A DNA stretch of 64,000 nucleotides from positions 9,434 through 73,433 of IMG/VR virus record IMGVR_UViG_3300036823_000383. One strand, given 5' to 3'. Each line of letters opens with the position of its first letter. Position 1 is the first letter of the stretch. Under the pieces are notes generated by a model. That model saw only the letters and a program-made list of their open reading frames with translations, did no database searches and was not told the DNA's origin. The position numbers and the translations under genes were made by a program. This stretch comes from a virus. Shown in pieces: positions 57,617 through 64,000 of the stretch.

Positions 57617-57937
57617 TCACCGAGCGCGCGAGAGACACTCCATCCGAGTGCGCTCGTCGTCGTCGTGCTCGACGACATCCCACGTCACGCGGAAGCAAAC
57701 GATGCCGGGTCGGTCGCTGTCCTCATCACGCCCTATGAGCGTCGCGGTTCCGCTATAGGCCCCGTCGCGGATCGAGATGTCGGAGCGTTCTTCGAATGCT
57801 TTGGTCAGCAGGAAGTCGAGGTCAGAACCAGGGCGCACCGCGACGTCGTCGCCCTTCCCGTCCAGACGCACACCGGGCGGCTCGTCCGTCACGGACGCCC
57901 GCAGCGGTGCAGAGTTCCACAGGCCGCCGGTGCTCAC
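57617..57937 (-). CDS. hypothetical protein
   Basis: GTGA overlap. Confidence 0.55.
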   Translation of the reverse strand: MSTGGLWNSAPLRASVTDEPPGVRLDGKGDDVAVRPGSDLDFLLTKAFEERSDISIRDGAYSGTATLIGRDEDSDRPGIVCFRVTWDVVEHDDDERTRMECLSRAR

Positions 57938-58602
57938 GGCACCATCCCGGCGAGCCACCGCTCGAGGTGCTCCGCGTGCTTCTTGACGAGCACGAGCGCC
58001 GCCTCGCCGGCTGGCGTGATCCACGGATGCCGGATGCTCACGCCGCAGTCGATGAAACCCGCGGTGCACAGAGCATCGAGCGCCAGGTAGCTCCACGGCG
58101 CCGCCGGGAGGAGCGTCTGCATCTCCTCCCACGAACGCGACTCGAGCGGCTTCGCGATGTAGCGGAGCAGCGCTACGACGGCCTCTTCCGAGTCCTCCGA
58201 CATGACGTCGCTGAGCGCGAGCCGGAGCTCGTCCTCATCGGTCGCGTAGCGGTGGCGCCCACCGTCTTTGGAGTATCGGCGGCACGCCGGGCAACTGGTT
58301 GCCTTCGCCGCCGCTTTGGGCGTCGGCTCTGCTTCCGGGAGCCACTCCCAAGCCGCGCCCGTCCACTCTGCGGCGCGTTCGTCACCGCGGTCGAAGCTGA
58401 ACACCGCCCTGATGAACTTCGGGCCATCTGGCAGGTGCATGATCGGTGCCCCGTAGTGGCGCTGTATCGGCCGAATACGGGACTCGATCATGACCGCTCT
58501 GCAGTCCGTGACCGTCTGCCCATCGGGCCCGATTTCTGGCGGAGGAGCGCCGAGCGCGCCCAGCTCCAGCATCGCTTCCTCGCCGTGGGTTAGTTCGCTC
58601 AT
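57934..58602 (-). CDS. hypothetical protein
   Basis: 222-aa ORF in operon. Confidence 0.65.
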   Translation of the reverse strand: MSELTHGEEAMLELGALGAPPPEIGPDGQTVTDCRAVMIESRIRPIQRHYGAPIMHLPDGPKFIRAVFSFDRGDERAAEWTGAAWEWLPEAEPTPKAAAKATSCPACRRYSKDGGRHRYATDEDELRLALSDVMSEDSEEAVVALLRYIAKPLESRSWEEMQTLLPAAPWSYLALDALCTAGFIDCGVSIRHPWITPAGEAALVLVKKHAEHLERWLAGMVP

Positions 58603-58604
58603 CG

Positions 58605-58826
58605 CTAACGCTCCTTGAACACAGGCACGCCGTCGTCGCTGCCAGCTCGGTAGCAGTGCCTCACCGTCGAGACCACGTCGGTCTTCGGTGTCGTCCTCAA
58701 GACCCTGGCGGCCGCGGAGTCATTCATCGCGACTTCGAGCCGTCCGCGCGCGAGCAACTCCGAATCGATCTCGACTTCGTGTCTGCTCTGGTCGCCTAAG
58801 ATAATGATTGCCTTCACGGTCGCCAT
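58605..58826 (-). CDS. hypothetical protein
   Basis: AGGAGG RBS. Confidence 0.65.
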   Translation of the reverse strand: MATVKAIIILGDQSRHEVEIDSELLARGRLEVAMNDSAAARVLRTTPKTDVVSTVRHCYRAGSDDGVPVFKER

Positions 58827-58834
58827 CCTACCTC

Positions 58835-60637
58835 CTAAAACCCGCCGCCACCGCTGCCTCGTTTGAAGGAATAGCTGTTCGATGACCCCCAGCGCTCGTT
58901 CATTCCCTGGAGCGCCGCCGCGTCCGCCTTCGGCACCGCGCCGACTTTGCCGCCCGATCGCTCGATTGTCCGGATGAGGCGGTCGGCGGCCGCGCGCGCG
59001 AAGAAGCCGCCCATGAGTCGATCGCCGGGGTGCTGCCCGGGCCGATACGCGAGGCACTCGTCGACGAAGGCCTGCACCTCGGGGACGCAGACCTTCTTCG
59101 CGTTGGACGGGATGCGCCAGAGCCCGCCGGCGAACTCCGTGAAGAGCGACTCGATCCCCGTGTACTCGTCCGACTTCTTCACGTTCGTCGTGGAGAACCC
59201 GTGCACCTTGATCGTGGCCTTCTGCTTTCGCGCGAACTGCAGCAGGTACTTCTGCGCGCCGACGCTCTCCACCTCGAACATCTTGGGCTCGAAGCGCTCG
59301 TCGAGGTCCACGAGCTTGTCGACGATCTCCGGTCCGGTCATGACGCGCTCGCTCTCGATCGTGAGCAGCATCCGCTCGCCCATCGGTCCGACGCCGAGCA
59401 CGAAAAACGAGTTCCAGTCCGAGTGCTCGTCCTCGCCCCACGCGACGTCGACGCCGATGTAGACCGGCAGCCGCCCGAGCCGGTCCTCGGAGAGGCGCGA
59501 CATCGGCGGCTCGATGACTTTGCAGCCCGGGTACGTCTCCTCCGTCACGTCGTCGAAGCCGCCGTCGATCCACTGGATGTGGCAGCGCTGCTCCTCGTCG
59601 CTCTTCGGCTGGCACATGCGCGAGCGCGCGAACTCCGCCGGCGGCTCCCGGTTCTCGCCGTGCTGGTGGTCCTCGATGCGCTCCGTCGGCCAGCGCTCGG
59701 GGAAGAGCGGGACCTCGTCCTCGTGGTCGAACCACTCCCGCGTCCCTGGAGGGAGCTCGACGTCGGCGTGCTTCGCGTACTCGGGCGAGTCGTGCTCGGT
59801 GAGCCGGAACCAGCCCGGGCGCTTCTCGCTCGGCCGGAGGAGCGGCGTCTGCCAGTCCGTGTTCGCGAGACGGACGTTGCCGAGCAGATCCATGTGCAGC
59901 ACGGGCCAGCCCTGCTGCTCGTCCTCGAGCCAGAACGTGAGGTCGCTCTCGTGCCATGGCACGTTCACGAGGTAGACGGAGCCCTCGTCGCTCACGAGGC
60001 GCGACACGAGCTGCGACGGGAAGTCCTGCTCGAGCTTCGTCCGCTGGGACTTCGTCTGCGTGTTCGTGCGGTCGAGGAGATCGTCCGCGATGATGAGCGA
60101 CGGCTTCTTGCCCTGCGCGGCCGTGTACAGGCCGATTGCCTGCAGCGACGGGTCGAGGCTGCCCTCGCCGCGCTCGACCGTGATGCTCGTCGTCGTCCGC
60201 GCCGCGAGGTCCGACTCCGTGAGGCCGAGCTCGGGGAACGTCATCTGCACGCGAGCGAGCAGGCGTGGCTCTTCGAGGTACGTCCGGAGCAGCCGGAAAG
60301 ACCGCTTCGCGATGTCCTGGATCTTCCCCGCGAGGAGCCCGGATAGGTGCGGGTTCTTGCCGAGCTTCCAGAGCAGGTACGCCGCGACGGAGATCGTCTT
60401 GCCGGTGTCCGTCGGCCAGCGCAGCACGCCGCGGTGATGCGCCTCCATGAAGGCGAACCCGACGCGCTGGTGCGCCGCGCAGCGCATCGGTCCGCCGGCG
60501 TGAGGGCGCTCCGGATTCAGGAACGTCGCCGAGAAGAACTCCGCGGGGTCTGCCTGGCAGCGCGCGCGCCGGCGCGCGAGCCCGCGCTGGAAGGCATCGA
60601 GCTTCGGAGACCGGCCGGTCTCAGCCTCATCCGTCAT
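58835..60637 (-). CDS. terL: terminase large subunit
   Basis: Walker A PTDTGKT, Walker B IIADDL, PWHESD, RNase H IGVD, GDRL. Confidence 0.9.
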   Translation of the reverse strand: MTDEAETGRSPKLDAFQRGLARRRARCQADPAEFFSATFLNPERPHAGGPMRCAAHQRVGFAFMEAHHRGVLRWPTDTGKTISVAAYLLWKLGKNPHLSGLLAGKIQDIAKRSFRLLRTYLEEPRLLARVQMTFPELGLTESDLAARTTTSITVERGEGSLDPSLQAIGLYTAAQGKKPSLIIADDLLDRTNTQTKSQRTKLEQDFPSQLVSRLVSDEGSVYLVNVPWHESDLTFWLEDEQQGWPVLHMDLLGNVRLANTDWQTPLLRPSEKRPGWFRLTEHDSPEYAKHADVELPPGTREWFDHEDEVPLFPERWPTERIEDHQHGENREPPAEFARSRMCQPKSDEEQRCHIQWIDGGFDDVTEETYPGCKVIEPPMSRLSEDRLGRLPVYIGVDVAWGEDEHSDWNSFFVLGVGPMGERMLLTIESERVMTGPEIVDKLVDLDERFEPKMFEVESVGAQKYLLQFARKQKATIKVHGFSTTNVKKSDEYTGIESLFTEFAGGLWRIPSNAKKVCVPEVQAFVDECLAYRPGQHPGDRLMGGFFARAAADRLIRTIERSGGKVGAVPKADAAALQGMNERWGSSNSYSFKRGSGGGGF

Positions 60638-61187
60638 CGCCCACCTCCTCACCCTCGGCGATGATCGCCTCCACCTCGTCGACGTTCATCACGCCCAGGA
60701 GGCCGGCGACCTGCGGGTCGATTCCGCTCAAGCCTCCCAGGTTCGCGATGCCGAGTACGCCCTTCTTCGGCGCGGCCGCGCCCGTGAGCTCCATGATGAA
60801 CCGGTCGGCGGCGCGCGCGTCGTCCCAGCGGCGCTCGCGACGTGCGCGTCCGCTGTCCTCGAGCTGGCGTAGGAAGAGATCCTCCTTCGACGTCTTCAGC
60901 GACTCGACGGCGTGGCGCCGAAGCGTGCGCTTCGCGTTCGAGATCCGCTTCCGGGCCTCGTCCTCGGTGAGCTGGTACTTCGCGCCAAGCAACGCGGACA
61001 GCACTTCGGTCGGCTCCCAGAAGCACGACCGGATCTCGTCGAAGATCGCCACGTCGCGAACGGCGTCCGCCGTCGTCGCGAGCGGCGCTGCCGCCGCCGT
61101 GGACTTCGGCTTCGCTCGAGCCTTCGGCTTCTCCTTCCGCCGCGGTTCAGCGGGCGCAGTCTTCTTTCCGCGGCGGAGGAGAGCCAT
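60627..61187 (-). CDS. putative terminase small subunit
   Basis: Basic helical protein directly upstream of terL. Confidence 0.5.
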   Translation of the reverse strand: MALLRRGKKTAPAEPRRKEKPKARAKPKSTAAAAPLATTADAVRDVAIFDEIRSCFWEPTEVLSALLGAKYQLTEDEARKRISNAKRTLRRHAVESLKTSKEDLFLRQLEDSGRARRERRWDDARAADRFIMELTGAAAPKKGVLGIANLGGLSGIDPQVAGLLGVMNVDEVEAIIAEGEEVGDDG

Positions 61188-61195
61188 GCGCAGGT

Positions 61196-62248
61196 TCAGC
61201 CGCGGGTGCGTCGAATCTTCAGCTCGAGGTTCCCGTGCCGGTCGCGCTTCAGCGTGAATCGCTGGATGACGCCGCACGGCAGCTCCTCGACGCACTCGAT
61301 GTCCTCGGTGAGCTTGCTCGCCGGCTTTCCCGCCGCGGTGAGGAACCGGAGCCGCGACGCCATCGGCGCGACACCCGAAAGCGCGATCTCGTTCTTCGGA
61401 AGCTGCGTCACCGTCGCGGGCTTGCCGGGCTCGCTCGTCGACATGCCCTCGTTCGCCGCCTTCGGCTTCGGCAGGGCAGGGAGGGATAGCCGACGCTCGG
61501 CGAGCTGCGGCGCGTGCTCGGTGTTCGCCGCGGCGTACGCCATGAGCTCGCCTGCTCGCTTCGGCGTGACGAGCCCACCGAACACCGCGGTGACGAACGA
61601 CTCCCACGTCTCGTAGGCGTCCGGGTGCTTCGCCCAGCGGCCGGTCTGCTCGAGCTCCTTCAGCCACTTGCCGGTGCGCCACATCTCCTCGTGAACCGTC
61701 TGCACGGCGCCCTGGAGGCGCTCGCGGAACTGCGCGATCTCGACGACGAGGGACCGTTGCTCGGGCGCGAGATGCGCGATGTCTGCGACGGTCACGATGG
61801 CCATGTCCTCGAGCTTCGTCCTCGACGGCTCCGGCGTCGTCACGACGATCGCCTTCGTTTCGACGACGACGGGCTTCGTCACCACCGTGGCACGCGGCGA
61901 TGACTTCACCTCGGGCTCCGGATCCGCCGGCGGGTCACCGGTCTCGTCGTCGCTCGAGACACCGCAGTAGACGCACTCCGCCGGAATGCTCCCGGTGTCG
62001 ACGAGGCGCATGTCCATGATGCCGCCGCAGACCGTGCAGTCCGCGCACTGCTCCGGATCGCCGTGCTCGCTCATCCACCCGGCGATCGCGCGGACGAGCT
62101 CCTCCTTGCCAGCGAGCTTCGCCGGCGGCACCGGCATCTCGATGAGGTCGTTGAGTCGGTTCGCGCCGACGCGGAGCGTCGCCTCCGTGAGCCGCTCGAG
62201 CCGAATCGACCGGATTGAAGGGCGCGGTTTCGTTGCTGCTTTGGCCAT
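61196..62248 (-). CDS. hypothetical protein with Zn-ribbon
   Basis: CTVC/CVYC; YETWESFV motif; AAAGGA RBS. Confidence 0.75.
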   Translation of the reverse strand: MAKAATKPRPSIRSIRLERLTEATLRVGANRLNDLIEMPVPPAKLAGKEELVRAIAGWMSEHGDPEQCADCTVCGGIMDMRLVDTGSIPAECVYCGVSSDDETGDPPADPEPEVKSSPRATVVTKPVVVETKAIVVTTPEPSRTKLEDMAIVTVADIAHLAPEQRSLVVEIAQFRERLQGAVQTVHEEMWRTGKWLKELEQTGRWAKHPDAYETWESFVTAVFGGLVTPKRAGELMAYAAANTEHAPQLAERRLSLPALPKPKAANEGMSTSEPGKPATVTQLPKNEIALSGVAPMASRLRFLTAAGKPASKLTEDIECVEELPCGVIQRFTLKRDRHGNLELKIRRTRG

Positions 62249-62298
62249 GGGTCTGTCCTTTCTGCGCCCGAGTCCCGCTCGAGCCTGAGAGCTTCACG

Positions 62299-62547
62299 TC
62301 AGCGGCGACGCCGCGCGAAGAAGAGATAGGTGAGGGCGCCCCGGTCCACGGAGTGCCTGAAGTCCCACCGGAGCCGCGACGCCGCGTCGAAGAATGCGGG
62401 CCACTCCGAGGGGTCGTTGGTGCTGGCGACCACGGCCCAGTCCTTCCCCTCGTACGGCGTGAACGCCGCCGCCACGTCGATGACCTCATCGCCGATCCGA
62501 ACGAGACCGCGTTGCTCGTCCTCGGTCGCGACGTAGAGCTCCGCCAT
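62299..62547 (-). CDS. hypothetical protein
   Basis: TGATG overlap. Confidence 0.6.
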   Translation of the reverse strand: MAELYVATEDEQRGLVRIGDEVIDVAAAFTPYEGKDWAVVASTNDPSEWPAFFDAASRLRWDFRHSVDRGALTYLFFARRRR

Positions 62548-62882
62548 CACGCGCCTCCGAGCTTGGCGAACGCCGCCTCGAGCTCCGCCGTGACCGCCGC
62601 GTCCGAGGCCTCCACTGGCACCCACACCTCGATGACCGGCTCCGTCAGCTCGGCCCGGTACATCCGCACCGCGTAGCCGAAGACGGAGCCCGCCTCGTGA
62701 TTGAAGGTCGCCTTGCCGAGCGCGCCGAACTCGACCGCGACTCGGTCGTACTCGGGGTAGGCGAGCGCCACCGACTCGGCGAGCTCGGAACGGCGCACGA
62801 GCGCCGCGTTGACGGCGAGGTCGAACGCCGACGGTTTCGGCTCGCGCCGAGCGTGAGCGCGTCCGGTGCGACGGTCACCCAT
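62547..62882 (-). CDS. hypothetical protein
   Basis: ORF in coupled array. Confidence 0.6.
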   Translation of the reverse strand: MGDRRTGRAHARREPKPSAFDLAVNAALVRRSELAESVALAYPEYDRVAVEFGALGKATFNHEAGSVFGYAVRMYRAELTEPVIEVWVPVEASDAAVTAELEAAFAKLGGA

Positions 62883-63114
62883 CTGCGGCTCCAGTCCGCC
62901 ACGGAATCACCTCGATGTGATGGAAGTGCCCGAAGATGTCGTCGACGATGCGCCCCTGCACCGCGCCCTTGGGCCACTTCAGACCGGCGGGGATGACGAG
63001 ATCCTTGCTGCAGGACGAGTCGCACCCCCGCTCTCGCAGGCGCATCGAGCCGACCACAGCGCCGTCGGCGTCGAGGAACTCGAGCGTCGCGCGCCAGCCG
63101 CCGGGGTGGTTCAT
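62875..63114 (-). CDS. hypothetical protein
   Basis: ATGA overlap. Confidence 0.55.
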   Translation of the reverse strand: MNHPGGWRATLEFLDADGAVVGSMRLRERGCDSSCSKDLVIPAGLKWPKGAVQGRIVDDIFGHFHHIEVIPWRTGAADG

Positions 63115-63359
63115 CGCACCAGCCCTCGGATGATGTTGTCCACGCGTAGCGCCTTCTGCCCTTCGCTCGTGATGTCCGTTTGGACGGCGATTCCGTAGAC
63201 GTCGTGCGGAACGATCTGACTCGCCGCTCGGCCGCACGCTTCGAGCCGGTTGCACGCCGCGTCTACGACAGGGTCGAAGTTCACGAACCGCGGCGCTCCG
63301 GCCGCGATGGCGGAAAGCCCGACCAGCACCCGTCGCTCGGCTTCGTCGAGCATCTTCAC
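63111..63359 (-). CDS. hypothetical protein
   Basis: GTGA overlap. Confidence 0.55.
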   Translation of the reverse strand: MKMLDEAERRVLVGLSAIAAGAPRFVNFDPVVDAACNRLEACGRAASQIVPHDVYGIAVQTDITSEGQKALRVDNIIRGLVR

Positions 63360-64000
63360 GCCGGCTGCGCCTCCGCCGCTCGGTGTCTCATGTCTTCCAT
63401 CGCTCTCGCGGTGGTCGCGTAGAAGTGCGCGGACCGCCCGGTGCTCGCCATGTAGATCATGTGTCCGGCCATGGCCGGACCGCGCTCCGCCTCCAGCTTG
63501 CGACCGGCGTCACCGGCCAGCGTGATTGCCCAGCCCGCGCGGCAGTGGGTCGTCTCGCAGGAATGCCACTGCGACATGTCCAGCTTGCCGGCACCCGACT
63601 CGACGACGGACAGGATTTTCCGGTCGAGATCCGGGACGACGGGCACGTCGGGATGACGCTGCCGGTATCGCTCCGCGCGCTGCCCGTAGCGGGCAGGATC
63701 GACGACTCGAGTGTACGGCTCGGGCGGATCCACCTTCTGCGTTCCGTCCGGCAGATTGTAGGCGTCCGCGAGGTTGGCGTCCGCGAGGTTGGCGTCCGCG
63801 AGGTTGGCGTCCGCGAGGTTGGCGTCCGCGAGGTTGGCGTCCGCGAGGTTGGCGCCCGCGAGGTTGGCGCGCGCGAGGTTGGCGCCCGCGAGGTCGGCGC
63901 CCGCGAGGTTGGCGCCCGCGAGGTTGGCGCGCGCGAGGTCGGCGCCCGCGAGGTCGGCGCCCGCGAGGTCGGCGCCCGCGAGGTTGGCGCGCGCGAGGTT
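63356..64000 (-). CDS. pentapeptide-repeat protein (5' end outside window)
   Basis: A(N/D)LA(D/G/R) repeats then LDMSQWH.CETTHCRAGWA domain. Confidence 0.9.
   Translation of the reverse strand, partial: NLARANLAGADLAGADLAGADLARANLAGANLAGADLAGANLARANLAGANLADANLADANLADANLADANLADANLADAYNLPDGTQKVDPPEPYTRVVDPARYGQRAERYRQRHPDVPVVPDLDRKILSVVESGAGKLDMSQWHSCETTHCRAGWAITLAGDAGRKLEAERGPAMAGHMIYMASTGRSAHFYATTARAMEDMRHRAAEAQPA
63761..64000. repeat. 15-bp tandem repeat encoding pentapeptides
   Basis: GGCG(T/C)CCGCGAGGT(T/C)-type units. Confidence 0.95.

Noticed and set aside
63761-64000. Regular short repeats resembling a CRISPR array
   Set aside because: No spacers; 15-bp period encodes pentapeptide repeats
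1-64000. Transposable Mu-like lifestyle or prophage boundaries
   Set aside because: Only morphogenesis genes and Mom are Mu-like; no transposase, integrase, repressor or host flank is visible, so lifestyle cannot be called

Overview
The whole window is phage DNA (high GC, myovirus with Mu-like morphogenesis genes); no host genes, integrase, transposase, tRNA or CRISPR array were recognised. Bases 1-14395 on the + strand form a tightly coupled (NTGA-overlap) early/middle operon: SbcD/SbcC-like nuclease-ATPase, DUF968-like nuclease, C5 cytosine methyltransferase, Mom-like adenine-modification protein, HerA-like ATPase and many small ORFs. An inverted TIR-domain gene interrupts this operon. Bases 14.4-17 kb are a convergence zone of accessory lipoprotein genes. 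From 64000 down to 17011 the - strand carries small ORFs, terminase, a portal-MuF fusion, protease/scaffold, capsid, neck, sheath, tube, chaperone (with -1 frameshift), tape measure, baseplate, fibres, and a lysis/accessory region. Gly-rich and Cys-rich lipoproteins suggest a myxobacterial (Polyangiales-like) host (inference). Best leads: (1) about ten signal-peptide or lipobox proteins, including a tail-fibre-type domain carrying a lipoprotein signal; (2) a GTAGGG motif in front of 11 late genes, probably a leaderless late promoter; (3) the TIR insertion bridged by a doubly coupled antisense ORF; (4) a 46-bp duplication and in-frame read-through path after the capsid stop; (5) a baseplate-J-like barrel inside the tail terminator. 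All family assignments come from motif recognition by eye, not database searches.
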